Position numbers and translations under genes: made by a program | In this document: piece after piece, positions 19,553 through 29,534 of the stretch | How the letters are laid out: every line of letters starts with the position of its first letter | Numbering within the stretch: position 1 is the stretch's first letter | Source of the DNA: Candidatus Omnitrophota bacterium | GTDB taxonomy: Bacteria; Omnitrophota; Gorgyraeia; Duberdicusellales; 4484-171 | Assembly (NCBI GenBank): GCA_024231025.1 | Contig: JAAEQW010000116.1 | Location: 1-62,629, forward strand | Length of the DNA stretch: 62,629 bases | Direction: 5' to 3' | Notes under the pieces: generated by a model | Databases searched by the model: none | Seen by the model: only the letters and a program-made list of their open reading frames with translations | What the model was told of the DNA's origin: nothing

Positions 19553-20662
19553 ATGTTTAATTTATTAATTTTTATAGTTATCTTGAGTATTTTGATAGTT
19601 GTGCATGAATTTGGGCATTTTTTGGCCGCGAGAAGATATGGCGTAGGGGTTGAAAAGTTTGCGATTGGTTTTGGTCCGGTTATCTTTCAGATAAAAGGTA
19701 AGGCTACTGATTTTTTAGTTTGCCTTTTTCCGTTAGGTGGATATGTTAAATTGGCCGGTGAAACGCGTCAAGATTGCCAAGGCCAGCGGGATGAATTTTA
19801 TTCAAAGCCGGTAGGCGTAAAAACACGAATTGTTTTGGCGGGGCCGATGTTTAATTTTCTTTTAGCTTTTGTTCTTTTTTGGGCAATTGCGGTTATTGGT
19901 TTTCCCCGACCGGATTATGCGAATACTGTTGTTGGAGAAGTTTTGCAAGGGTACCCAGCCGCTAGCGCGGGTTTAGAGGAAGGCGATCGCATTGTTATTG
20001 TTAACGGTAAAAAGGTAAATGATTGGCTCGCGATGAAAGCAGCAATTACTAAAAGTGATGAAGAGGTTTCTCTTTTAGTGGATCGTTCTGGTAACGCTTT
20101 AGCATTAACTCTTGGGCTAAAGGACAGTGAATATGCGGACGATTTTGGTCAGAAAAAAAGTCAAAGAATCATTGGAATTGTGCCGCCGACAATTAACGCA
20201 AAATATAATATTTTTGTTGGTTTTTTTAAAGCATTTCAGATGTTGTTTTCAATGACATATTTTATGGCGAAAGGGTTTCTATTTATTATTTTAGGTATTT
20301 TGCCTTTTAAGGAAGCCGTGGCTGGACCGATCGGTATTTTTTACATTACATCTGAGGCGGTAAAAATTGGTATAGTTGCCATTTTGCATTTAATGGCAGT
20401 GCTGAACGTAAGTTTGACAATTGTGAATTTAATGCCGTTACCTTTGATGGATGGTGGACATGCATTCTTATTCTTAATAGAAAGGATCAGAAAAAAGAGA
20501 TTAAGCGAAAAAATCGAAGAGATCATAGCTAGGGTGGGTTTTGCGATGCTTGGGCTTTTGATTGTATTTGTTTTTTATAATGATGTTATAAAGTTTGGAT
20601 CTAAAATCTGGCCCTCTAAAAATGCCCAGCAGGTTGAAGAGGTTGTCGAGGAACAAGAGTGA
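19553..20662 (+). CDS. rseP: RIP metalloprotease RseP (site-2 protease)
   Basis: HEFGHF zinc motif, PDZ segment, NLMPLPLMDGG motif. Confidence 0.9.
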   Translation: MFNLLIFIVILSILIVVHEFGHFLAARRYGVGVEKFAIGFGPVIFQIKGKATDFLVCLFPLGGYVKLAGETRQDCQGQRDEFYSKPVGVKTRIVLAGPMFNFLLAFVLFWAIAVIGFPRPDYANTVVGEVLQGYPAASAGLEEGDRIVIVNGKKVNDWLAMKAAITKSDEEVSLLVDRSGNALALTLGLKDSEYADDFGQKKSQRIIGIVPPTINAKYNIFVGFFKAFQMLFSMTYFMAKGFLFIILGILPFKEAVAGPIGIFYITSEAVKIGIVAILHLMAVLNVSLTIVNLMPLPLMDGGHAFLFLIERIRKKRLSEKIEEIIARVGFAMLGLLIVFVFYNDVIKFGSKIWPSKNAQQVEEVVEEQE

Positions 20663-21696
20663 GTAAAACGGCGAAAATAGGAAAATTAAAGATAGGAGCT
20701 AAGTATCCGATTAGGATAAAGGGAATGCTCAAAACACCGATTGCTAAAACTAAACAATTAATCGGTGAAGCGAAGAGCCTTGAGGCCGAAGGAGTTGAGG
20801 CGATCAGACTTGCTGTTTTAAATGAAGAGGGCGCAAGAGCGGCAACTATTTTGCGAAAGCATGTGTCTGTTCCTTTGGTTGCCGATATTCACTTTCAATA
20901 TAAGACGGCACTTATGGCGATTGATTCAGGGTTTGAGGGTATTAGATTAAATCCGTCTAATATTTATAAAAAAAATGAAGTAATCAGCGTTGTCAAAAGT
21001 GCCAAGAGAAATAAAATCTCAATACGAGTGGGGGTAAATTCCGGAGGATTTAAGAAAAATTTTTCTTCGCGGCGAATGATGGCAAAGCAAATGGTAAAAT
21101 CTGCAGTAGATTATATTAAAATTTTAGAAAAGCAGAATTTTTTTGATACGATGGTTTCATTTAAGGGTGCCGATGTGTTGACTACCCTAGAGGCTAACAG
21201 GATGTTTGCTAAAAAATCAGATTACCCGTTGCACTTAGGCGTTACCGCGACCGGCCCTTTTGTTGATGCGGTAGTTAAATCGTCAATTGGAATCGGTACA
21301 CTTTTGTCAGAAGGCATTGGCAACGTGATAAGAGTGTCCTTATCAGCGCCATCAGTGCTAGAAGTGCAAGTTGCTAAGGCAATTTGCCAAGCGCTTGATT
21401 TAAGAAGGTTTGGTCCGGAAATTATATCTTGTCCAACATGTTCTCGTTGCGAAGTCGATTTAATAAAAATCGTTGATGAGTTTAAAAGAAAAATTGAAAA
21501 AGATAAAATTGATAAATATTGTAAAGTTGCACTTATGGGGTGTGTTGTTAATGGGCCGGGCGAAGCTTATCAGGCAGATATTGGTGCTGCTTTTGGCAAA
21601 AAAAAGGCAGCCATTTTTAAAAAAGATAAAATTATAGGCTGGAGTAATGAAAAAGATATTATTGGTGATTTACTTAAAGAAGTGAGGAAAAAATGA
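20659..21696 (+). CDS. ispG: 4-hydroxy-3-methylbut-2-en-1-yl diphosphate synthase
   Basis: VADIHF, RLNPSNI, ISCPTCSRC and GCVVNGPGEA motifs. GTGA overlap with rseP. Confidence 0.92.
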   Translation: MSKTAKIGKLKIGAKYPIRIKGMLKTPIAKTKQLIGEAKSLEAEGVEAIRLAVLNEEGARAATILRKHVSVPLVADIHFQYKTALMAIDSGFEGIRLNPSNIYKKNEVISVVKSAKRNKISIRVGVNSGGFKKNFSSRRMMAKQMVKSAVDYIKILEKQNFFDTMVSFKGADVLTTLEANRMFAKKSDYPLHLGVTATGPFVDAVVKSSIGIGTLLSEGIGNVIRVSLSAPSVLEVQVAKAICQALDLRRFGPEIISCPTCSRCEVDLIKIVDEFKRKIEKDKIDKYCKVALMGCVVNGPGEAYQADIGAAFGKKKAAIFKKDKIIGWSNEKDIIGDLLKEVRKK

Positions 21697-22934
21697 ATGT
21701 AAAAGATATCAAAAAAGAGATCCAGCGTGAAATAAGCATGTGGGTTGGCCAAAAACAAAATCTAACTGAGGAGTTTATTCGTCAACAAGCAGAAAAAGTA
21801 TTTGAGAATTTATCCAAAAAATTTGATATGAGCGGCATTAATAAAGACAAGGTTATAAAATCACTTTCGGCTGATTTTTTGGGTCTTGGTCCGTTGCAAA
21901 AGCTCATGGATGATAAAGACATTACTGAAATTATGGTTAACGGTCCGGATAAAATTTTTATAGAAAAAAATGGTAAGAAAATTCTTTCCGATATTAAGTT
22001 TGAAGATCTCGATCAGTTGCGTTACATCGTAGAAAAAATGCTTACCCCATCGGGTCGGCGCGTGGATGAGAGCTCTCCGTTTGTTGATTTTTCTTTAGAT
22101 GACGGTTCTCGTGTTAATGTAATAATTCCACCTTTAGCGGTTGGAGGTGCGGTAATAACGATTAGAAAATTCTTACGTACCATAAATAATCTGGATGACT
22201 TAGTAAAATTAGGAACTCTTGACCCTCGAATGGCCGAATTTTTGGTTGCTTGTCTTAAGGCGAAGCGCAATATTCTTTTTTCTGGTGCGACTGGATCCGG
22301 AAAAACGACAACCATGTCTGCCTTGTCATCCTATATCGATGAGCAAGAACGGATTGTAACTATTGAAGATGCCCTTGAGCTTGATTTGCGCCAAGAGCAC
22401 ATTGTTAGGCTTCTCACAAAAGCCGCTAATATCGAAGGTAAGGGTGAAATCACATTGCGACATTTGTTCTCTAATACTCTTCGAATGCGTCCAACTCGAA
22501 TAATTCTTGGCGAGATCAGAGGTGCCGAAGCCGTTGATTATCTGCAGGCATTAAATAGTGGACATGGAGGATGCCTGGCAGTTATTCATTCTTCAACGCC
22601 TGCTGATGCTGTTGGTAGGCTTGAGACGATGTTTTTATATGCTGGTTTGAGTCTTCCAACCTCAACAATCAGAAAGCAAATTGGTTCTGGTCTTGATTTG
22701 ATTTTACAGCATGAGCAATATGGTGATGGTTCAAGAAAGATCAATCACATTACTGAAGTTGAAAAAGGGCCTGATGGCGCGGTTCTTCGTGATATTTTTA
22801 AATATGAAGCTGAAGATGTTGACGAAAAAGGAGCTGTGCGTGGCCATTATAAAGCGATTAACAAACCCAATTTTTTTGATGTATTCAAAAAAAGAGGCAT
22901 CAAAATAAACGAAGATATATTCAAACCCGATTAA
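21693..22934 (+). CDS. CpaF/TadA-family type II/IV secretion ATPase
   Basis: MVNGPDKIFIEKNGK, Walker A GATGSGKTT and RMRPTRIILGEIRGAEA motifs. ATGA overlap with the ispG stop. Confidence 0.85.
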   Translation: MNVKDIKKEIQREISMWVGQKQNLTEEFIRQQAEKVFENLSKKFDMSGINKDKVIKSLSADFLGLGPLQKLMDDKDITEIMVNGPDKIFIEKNGKKILSDIKFEDLDQLRYIVEKMLTPSGRRVDESSPFVDFSLDDGSRVNVIIPPLAVGGAVITIRKFLRTINNLDDLVKLGTLDPRMAEFLVACLKAKRNILFSGATGSGKTTTMSALSSYIDEQERIVTIEDALELDLRQEHIVRLLTKAANIEGKGEITLRHLFSNTLRMRPTRIILGEIRGAEAVDYLQALNSGHGGCLAVIHSSTPADAVGRLETMFLYAGLSLPTSTIRKQIGSGLDLILQHEQYGDGSRKINHITEVEKGPDGAVLRDIFKYEAEDVDEKGAVRGHYKAINKPNFFDVFKKRGIKINEDIFKPD

Positions 22935-22947
22935 AAAGGAAAAGAGC

Positions 22948-24177
22948 ATGTTATTTTCTGAAAGTTTCATTTTCACTGCAAGAGAGGATCCAAAGACTGC
23001 TGATTGCACTAGCCATAAGCTTTTGCTGAAAGGGTGTTTTTTGTATATGGTATCGTCTGGGATCTACTCTTATTTACCTTTAGGACACAGGGTTCTTGAA
23101 AATGTGAGCAATATTATAAGAAAACATATGAATGCTTGTGGTGCGCAGGAAATTTTGATGAGTGCGCTACAGCCGATTGAAATGTGGCAAAAAACAGGAA
23201 GAGACAAAGACTTAGAAGAAGTTATGTTTAAATTCAAAGACAGAAAGAATCGCGATCTCTGCCTTGGACCGACACATGAAGAAGAGATCACTGAAATAGT
23301 AGCTAAATTTCTTACATCGTACAAGCAGTTGCCATTTACTCTTTATCAGATTCAGGCAAAGTTTAGAGATGAGCCAAGGCCGCGTTTTGGCCTGATGCGT
23401 AGTGCCGAATTTATTATGAAGGATGCTTATAGTTTTGATATTGATGAGGAAGGGCTGGCGTTGAATTATGAAAAAATGCTTGGTGCTTATAAAAAAATAT
23501 TTACCGAGTGTGGATTAGAATTTGTGGAAGTAAAAGCCGATAGTGGTGTAATGGGCGGTGACGTATCTCATGAGTTTATGGTGGCAGCTGCGATTGGTGA
23601 AGATGAACTGTTTTATTGCGACAAATGCAAACAGTACTTTAAAGAAAGTGGAAAGTGCTGCAATTGTAAATTAGATTTAAAAGAAGTCAAAACCGTTGAA
23701 ATCGGACACGTCTTTAAGCTAGGAGCGAAATATTCTAAAGTGGGAGGGGCGATGTTCTTAGATAATAAAGGAAAATCTCAGCCGGTGATAATGGGCTGTT
23801 ATGGAATAGGTGTTAGTCGAATCCTGCCGGCGATTGTCCAGACTAATCACGATGATAAAGGTATAATTTGGCCAAAAGGAATTAGTCCATTTGATGTGAG
23901 TATTCTTATTTTAAGCGATGGAGCAAAGGAAAATGCAATTGAGATATCAGGTACTTTGGAGGATCTAGGCATAAGCACGTTGGTTGATGACCGTCCTTTA
24001 AGTGCAGGGGTAAAATTCAATGATGCTTATTTAATTGGCAATCCTTTTGTTGTTGTTGTTGGTAAAAATTTCATTAATTCTGGAAAATTGGATATTGAAG
24101 TGCGCAAAACAAAAGAAAAACTATGCTTTACTAAAGATGAAGCAATTGATTTTTTAAAAAAAGAGTATGGTAAATAA
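22948..24177 (+). CDS. proS: Proline--tRNA ligase, bacterial-type but lacking the INS editing domain
   Basis: Class II motifs (FRDEPRPRFGLMRSAEF, GCYGIGVSR). Only 409 aa. The INS position is occupied by a short Cys-rich segment, YCDKCKQYFKESGKCCNCK. Confidence 0.88.
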   Translation: MLFSESFIFTAREDPKTADCTSHKLLLKGCFLYMVSSGIYSYLPLGHRVLENVSNIIRKHMNACGAQEILMSALQPIEMWQKTGRDKDLEEVMFKFKDRKNRDLCLGPTHEEEITEIVAKFLTSYKQLPFTLYQIQAKFRDEPRPRFGLMRSAEFIMKDAYSFDIDEEGLALNYEKMLGAYKKIFTECGLEFVEVKADSGVMGGDVSHEFMVAAAIGEDELFYCDKCKQYFKESGKCCNCKLDLKEVKTVEIGHVFKLGAKYSKVGGAMFLDNKGKSQPVIMGCYGIGVSRILPAIVQTNHDDKGIIWPKGISPFDVSILILSDGAKENAIEISGTLEDLGISTLVDDRPLSAGVKFNDAYLIGNPFVVVVGKNFINSGKLDIEVRKTKEKLCFTKDEAIDFLKKEYGK

Positions 24178-24622
24178 TCAAGATAAAATAAAAATAGCGG
24201 TTCAAAATATATTAAACGATTGCGATGTGGAATTAATAGAGTTTAAGTCGTTTTTTGGTCAGGGCCAATATATTGTTCGTTGTGTTGTTGATTGCCCTGG
24301 AGGCGGAATTTTAATCGATGATTGTTCGCGCGTAAATAAAAAGGTGACCAATTTTTTGAATGAGAGCGGGCTTTTGGGTGAAAAGTTTTGCGTTGAAGTT
24401 AATTCGCCGGGTTTAGATAGGAAATTAAAAGGATATGATGACTTCAAAAGAGCTTTGCGTAGGCAAATGGGCTTATGGCTTGAAACGGCAGTTGATGGTA
24501 AGGAATATGTCGAGGGAGAAATTATTGCTGTGAATAAAGAGTTTTTATCGATAAAAATTAAAGAGAAGACGGTTGATATTAATTTTTCAGAGATTAAAGT
24601 GGGTAAGGAAAAAATAAAATGA
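24167..24622 (+). CDS. rimP: Ribosome maturation factor RimP
   Basis: Size, position upstream of nusA, and VEVNSPGLDRKL motif. Confidence 0.85.
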   Translation: MVNNQDKIKIAVQNILNDCDVELIEFKSFFGQGQYIVRCVVDCPGGGILIDDCSRVNKKVTNFLNESGLLGEKFCVEVNSPGLDRKLKGYDDFKRALRRQMGLWLETAVDGKEYVEGEIIAVNKEFLSIKIKEKTVDINFSEIKVGKEKIK

Positions 24623-24709
24623 GCTCTGCTGGATCTTCGGATCACATCAGGGCTGAGACTGTAACATAAATATGTTAAAAAAACGACAATAGCTAGGAGG
24701 TCTAACAGA

Positions 24710-27700
24710 GTGAATAAAGAATTTTTAAATGTGGTTGAACAGCTAGAGAGAGAAAAAGGTTTAGATAAGGGGGTGCTCATTGAGGCGGTAAAGTATGCCT
24801 TAGAAGTTGCTGCTCGAAAAATAGCCAAGATCAATCAGCCAGACTTTGAAGGGGATGTTCGTGTTGAGATTGATGAGTCTAAGGGAGATATCTGTGTTTA
24901 CGTTGGTGATGAGGAAATGGTTTCAAAAGAGTTCGGCAGGATTGCAGCCCAAACCGCGCGCCAAGTTATAATACAAAAGATACGTGAAGCTGAAAAAGAA
25001 AACGTCTATAACGAATTTAAAGGTAAAGAAGGTGATATCGTTGGCGGTTTGGTGTATCGCCTTGAGAAGCGGGCAATTATTCTTGATCTTATGGGCAAGG
25101 CGGAGGGGATAATTCCACATTCGTTTATGTCGCCGTTAGATAAATTTAGGATGGGCGAAAGGGTAAGAGCCTTCATCTATGAAGTAAAAAAAGAAAAAGG
25201 TACCCAAATTATTCTTTCTCGTAAGCATGAAAATTTAGTTAAAAAATTATTTGAACTTGAAGTTCCTGAGATTTACGAAGGGATAGTTGAGGTAAAATCA
25301 ATTTCCAGAGAGGCAGGCGAACGAACAAAAATTGCGATGTTTTCTAAGGATGACAAGGTTGATTGCGTTGGTGCCTGTGTTGGTATTCGTGGATCAAGAG
25401 TGAAGAGCGTTATTGATGAATTACGCGGGGAAAAAATAGATATTGTTCGCTGGCATGATGACATAAAGGAGTTTATAAAAGCTGCGCTTGCTCCGGCGGT
25501 TATATGGAGAATTGAGCTCGATCGGGAAAGTAAAAGAGCGAGGGTACTTTTACCCAATGATCAGTTGTCTTTGGCGATTGGCAAAAAAGGGCAGAATGTT
25601 CGCCTTGCTTCTAAGCTTGTTGGCTGGGAGATAGACGTTCGTTCTCGTGAGGCAATGGAAGAAGAAATTAAAGAAATAGCATTGCTTAAGAGCGTTGGCA
25701 AGAAAGTTGCAACGGTAGTAGTGGAGGCTGGTTTTGGCGGTGTAGCTGCTTTGGCCAGGACTGATGTTGGTAAGTTGTCTGAACTTAAAGGTATCGGAAA
25801 GAAGAAAGCCGCGCAGATTATTGATGAAGCGAAAAAAGCGATCAAGAAAGTAGTGAAAAAGGAAAACAAAAAAGAAGAAAAAAAGAAGAAAAAAAGGAAG
25901 AAAAAAATGAGAATTCATGAATTAGCTAAGATTTTAAATATGGATAGTAAAGAATTGCTGGTTAAACTTAAGAAGCTTAATTTTCCGGTGAAAAGTCATA
26001 TGTCTAGCATTGATGAAGAAACAGCAGAAGTTATTAAGCAGGAATTAAGCGCTCTTAATGAAAAAGAGATAGCCGACAATGTAATTGAAGTTGATTTTCC
26101 AATTAGCATAAAAGACTTATCAATCCGTCTTAATATGAAACCATCAGAGCTTTTGACCGATTTAATGCGTAAAGGTAAACTTTATACCATTAATCATTCA
26201 CTTGATGAAAAAACTGCTTGCAGTATTGCCTATGGTTATAAGGTTAATTTGTCTGCGAAACCTTCTCAGGAAGAAACTATCCTAAAGACAGAATCAAAAA
26301 ATTTAAAACCCAGGGCTCCAATTGTAACATTTATGGGCCATATCGATCATGGAAAAACTTCTCTTTTGGATCACATAAGAAAAAGTACGATTACCGCAAA
26401 AGAAACTGGCGGTATAACGCAACATATCGGAGCATACCTTGTAAATCATCATAAAGGGGAAATTACTTTTCTGGATACGCCGGGCCATGAAACTTTTACA
26501 GCGATGCGCGCTCGTGGTGCGAACATAACTGATATTGTAGTTTTAGTTGTTGCTGCCGATGAAGGAGTTAAGCCTCAAACGATTGAAGCACTCGATCATG
26601 CTAAAGCAGCGAAGGTCCCGATAATTGTGGCAATTAATAAGATTGATCGGCCTAATGCTGACATTGATATGGTGAAGCAAGAGCTTTCTAAAGCTGGGCT
26701 TGCTCCCGAAGATTGGGGCGGTGAAACTATTACTGCGCCGGTTTCGGCCAAAACTGGTAAAGGAATGGATGATTTGCTTGACTTAATTCTTCTTCAGGCA
26801 GAGATACTAGAATTAAAAGCTGATTACGATAGAGCAGCGGTTGGGATGGTAGTTGAAGCAAGGCTTTCCAAGGGGAAAGGACCTTTAATAACTGCGCTTG
26901 TAACCGGTGGAAAATTAAATGTTGGCGATTGGTGCGTTTGTGGTCTTTATTGCGGTAAGATAAGAGCGATGCATAATGATCATGGTCAAGTGGTTAAAGA
27001 GGCACTGCCATCACATCCGGCAGAAATATTAGGATTAGGGGGTGTGCCGAATCCTGGTGACCAGTTGTTTGTTGTTCCAAATGAGAAGGCAGCGAAGGAA
27101 ATTGCAACCAAAAGAAAAGAAGAAGAGGCAAGAAAAAAATTAATTGCCCCAACCCATCTTAAATTAGAGGATTTATATCAGAAAATGCAAGAAGGGGCCC
27201 TCAAGCAGCTCAAAGTAATACTAAAGGCTGATGTTGGTGGAACTCTGGAAGCGGTTGAAGGAGCGTTACAAAAGATTCCTTCGCAAGAAGTGGCATTAGT
27301 CGTAGCCCATAAGGGAGTTGGCGCAATAAACTCTTCCGACATTTTATTGGCAGATGTTACTGATGCGATTGTTGTTGGTTTCAAATCTGGTATGGATTCA
27401 AAGGCTCGAGAACTATCGAAAGCAAAAGGGATTGAAGTACGAACTTATCAGATAGTTTATGAGTTGATTGATGACATAAGGGCGGCTTTGGAAGGACTGC
27501 TTACTCCTCAAATTAAGCGGACATTTTTGGGTCGAGCAAAGGTTAAAACTGTATTTAAGTTATCAAAATCAGGAATAATTGCCGGGTGTATGATTGATAA
27601 AGGAAAAATAGTTCGTGGCGCGGTTTGCCATGTGTTTAGAGGAAATGAAGTTGTTTTTGAAGGTAAAATTCAATCATTAAAAAGGTTCAAAGAGGATGTT

Positions 27701-27817
27701 CGTGAAGTTGGACAAGGTTATGAATGTGGAATTAGCGTTGGGCTTGACAGTATTGCGCCCGACGATGTTATTGATGTTTTTAATGAGGAAATGGTAGCGC
27801 AACGCCTTAAATCATAG
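24710..27817 (+). CDS. nusA-infB: Single ORF encoding NusA (24710-25906) fused in frame to IF-2 (ATG 25907 onward)
   Basis: GTG start after AGGAGG. NusA N-terminal, S1 and KH domains, an HhH-like region, then [17 protein letters not shown]. No stop precedes [10 protein letters not shown]..., the IF-2 N-terminus. IF-2 G domain [25 protein letters not shown]. The codon-by-codon reading of 25859-25909 confirms the frames are continuous. Confidence 0.9.
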   Translation: MNKEFLNVVEQLEREKGLDKGVLIEAVKYALEVAARKIAKINQPDFEGDVRVEIDESKGDICVYVGDEEMVSKEFGRIAAQTARQVIIQKIREAEKENVYNEFKGKEGDIVGGLVYRLEKRAIILDLMGKAEGIIPHSFMSPLDKFRMGERVRAFIYEVKKEKGTQIILSRKHENLVKKLFELEVPEIYEGIVEVKSISREAGERTKIAMFSKDDKVDCVGACVGIRGSRVKSVIDELRGEKIDIVRWHDDIKEFIKAALAPAVIWRIELDRESKRARVLLPNDQLSLAIGKKGQNVRLASKLVGWEIDVRSREAMEEEIKEIALLKSVGKKVATVVVEAGFGGVAALARTDVGKLSELKGIGKKKAAQIIDEAKKAIKKVVKKENKKEEKKKKKRKKKMRIHELAKILNMDSKELLVKLKKLNFPVKSHMSSIDEETAEVIKQELSALNEKEIADNVIEVDFPISIKDLSIRLNMKPSELLTDLMRKGKLYTINHSLDEKTACSIAYGYKVNLSAKPSQEETILKTESKNLKPRAPIVTFMGHIDHGKTSLLDHIRKSTITAKETGGITQHIGAYLVNHHKGEITFLDTPGHETFTAMRARGANITDIVVLVVAADEGVKPQTIEALDHAKAAKVPIIVAINKIDRPNADIDMVKQELSKAGLAPEDWGGETITAPVSAKTGKGMDDLLDLILLQAEILELKADYDRAAVGMVVEARLSKGKGPLITALVTGGKLNVGDWCVCGLYCGKIRAMHNDHGQVVKEALPSHPAEILGLGGVPNPGDQLFVVPNEKAAKEIATKRKEEEARKKLIAPTHLKLEDLYQKMQEGALKQLKVILKADVGGTLEAVEGALQKIPSQEVALVVAHKGVGAINSSDILLADVTDAIVVGFKSGMDSKARELSKAKGIEVRTYQIVYELIDDIRAALEGLLTPQIKRTFLGRAKVKTVFKLSKSGIIAGCMIDKGKIVRGAVCHVFRGNEVVFEGKIQSLKRFKEDVREVGQGYECGISVGLDSIAPDDVIDVFNEEMVAQRLKS
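25851..25909 (+). other. Poly(A)-rich lysine tract at the nusA/infB junction with an out-of-frame ATGA
   Basis: Three A7 runs (25878-84, 25889-95, 25901-07). In the +1 frame a TGA (25908-25910) overlaps the infB ATG (25907-25909), and that frame is open only back to the TGA at 25854-56. Confidence 0.8.
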
Positions 27818-27832
27818 AATTCGGAGACATTT

Positions 27833-28819
27833 ATGGAAAAAAAGATAGTTTTAAGCGGTATGCGTCCAACAGGGCGTTTGCACATTGGTCATTGGGTGGG
27901 AGCTCTTTCTAATTGGGTCAGCCTACAGAATGAATATAACTGTTTTTTTATGGTTGCTGATTGGCACGCAATTATGAGTGAGTACAAGGATCCTTCCTTG
28001 ATCAAGGAATACTCTCTAGACAATGTTGCTGATTGGTTGAGTTGGGGGGTAAACCCCAAGCAGGCAGTGGTTTTTGTTCAATCTGAAGTGAAAGAGCACA
28101 TTGAGCTTTTTATGCTTTTATCGTTTATTACGCCCTTAGGGTGGCTTTCTCGATGCCCGACTTTTAAGGAACAAGTTCAGCAACTTAAGGAAAAAGAAGT
28201 TAACACATACGCTTTTTTAGGTTATCCGACTTTGCAGTCTGCTGATATTACACTTTATAAGGCTGATTGCGTTCCGGTTGGAGAAGATCAGCTTCCTCAT
28301 CTTGAAATGTGTCGTGAAGTTGTGCGGCGTTTTAATTTTCTTTATAAAAATAAAGTTTTGGTTGAGCCACAACCATTATTGACCAAAGAATCCCGTCTTT
28401 TGGGCCTTGATTGCAGAAAAATGAGCAAGAGTTACGGCAACTTTATTGCTTTAGATGAAGATGTAGATTCTATAAGGCGTAAGGTGCTGTCGATGATTAC
28501 TGATCCGGCTCGAATTAAAAAAGATGACCCAGGACATCCAGATATCTGTAATGTTTTTACTTACCACAGTGTTTTTAATCCTGCCATAAAGGATGAAGTA
28601 TGCGATTGGTGTGTTAATGCGAAAAAAGGCTGCAAAGACTGTAAAGTTCTTTTGGCTGATACGCTTAATGATTTCATTGCGCCAAAAAGAGAAGAGAAGA
28701 CAAAGCTTCTAAAAGATAAAAAATATTTAACAGAAGTGCTTGATTCTGGTAAAGAAAAAGCGTCAAGCGTTGCCGGTGCAACTTTAAAGCAGGTAAAAGA
28801 GGCAATGAAATTGCGGTAA
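27833..28819 (+). CDS. trpS: Tryptophan--tRNA ligase with a C-terminal Cys cluster
   Basis: GMRPTGRLHIGHWVG (HIGH) and KMSKS. Cys pattern C-x17-C-x2-C-x6-C-x2-C in HPDICNV...VCDWCVNAKKGCKDC. Confidence 0.93.
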   Translation: MEKKIVLSGMRPTGRLHIGHWVGALSNWVSLQNEYNCFFMVADWHAIMSEYKDPSLIKEYSLDNVADWLSWGVNPKQAVVFVQSEVKEHIELFMLLSFITPLGWLSRCPTFKEQVQQLKEKEVNTYAFLGYPTLQSADITLYKADCVPVGEDQLPHLEMCREVVRRFNFLYKNKVLVEPQPLLTKESRLLGLDCRKMSKSYGNFIALDEDVDSIRRKVLSMITDPARIKKDDPGHPDICNVFTYHSVFNPAIKDEVCDWCVNAKKGCKDCKVLLADTLNDFIAPKREEKTKLLKDKKYLTEVLDSGKEKASSVAGATLKQVKEAMKLR

Positions 28820-28826
28820 TGGTTTT

Positions 28827-29534
28827 ATGAAGATAAGATTAGATATTTTCGAGGGGCCGTTGGATTTGCTGATTTATCTTATTAAGAAAAGTCACCTTAA
28901 TATTCATGATATCCCAATGGTTTTGGTGGTTGATCAGTATTTACAATTTTTAGAACTCATGAAGATGCTTGACATTAATCTTGCGTCTGAATATTTGGTT
29001 ATGGCAGCAACTTTAATTAGCATAAAATCAAAAATGCTTCTGCCTCAAGAGAAAAAGGAAGACGAACCAGAAGATGACCCTCGTGAAGAATTGATTAAGC
29101 GACTTCTTGAATATGAAAAGTTTAAAGAAGCGGCCGATTTTCTTAAAGGCAAAGAGCGTGAACGTCTTAAATATGTTGCTCGCCCATCTGCCGAATTGCC
29201 TAAAAAGGAAGTTTACCTTGAAGCATCTATTTTTGATTTGATTAATGCCTTTAAAACCGCTCTTAAAGAAGTACCCAGAGATATATTTTTTGAAGTTATA
29301 AAAGACGAGTTTACTGTTGAAGACAAAATCCATGATCTTTTGCATGTGCTTTTAATTAAGGAAAAAATTGCTTTGGCGGACCTTTTTATTAGCGCTAAAA
29401 ATAAACTGGAGATTGTTGTAACATTCTTAGCAATACTTGAATTAATAAAATTACGTGAAATAATTGCTTATCAGGAAGAGTTGTTTGGATCAATTTTAAT
29501 TGCCCGTCGAGAAAGCATGGTGATGCAACCGTGA
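28827..29534 (+). CDS. scpA: Segregation and condensation protein A
   Basis: FEGPLDLLIYLIKKSHLNIHDIPM N-terminus is typical of ScpA. Confidence 0.85.
   Translation: MKIRLDIFEGPLDLLIYLIKKSHLNIHDIPMVLVVDQYLQFLELMKMLDINLASEYLVMAATLISIKSKMLLPQEKKEDEPEDDPREELIKRLLEYEKFKEAADFLKGKERERLKYVARPSAELPKKEVYLEASIFDLINAFKTALKEVPRDIFFEVIKDEFTVEDKIHDLLHVLLIKEKIALADLFISAKNKLEIVVTFLAILELIKLREIIAYQEELFGSILIARRESMVMQP

Noticed and set aside
24259-24834. 191-aa minus-strand ORF overlapping rimP and the nusA start.
   Set aside because: It is antisense to two well-supported conserved genes and has no motifs.
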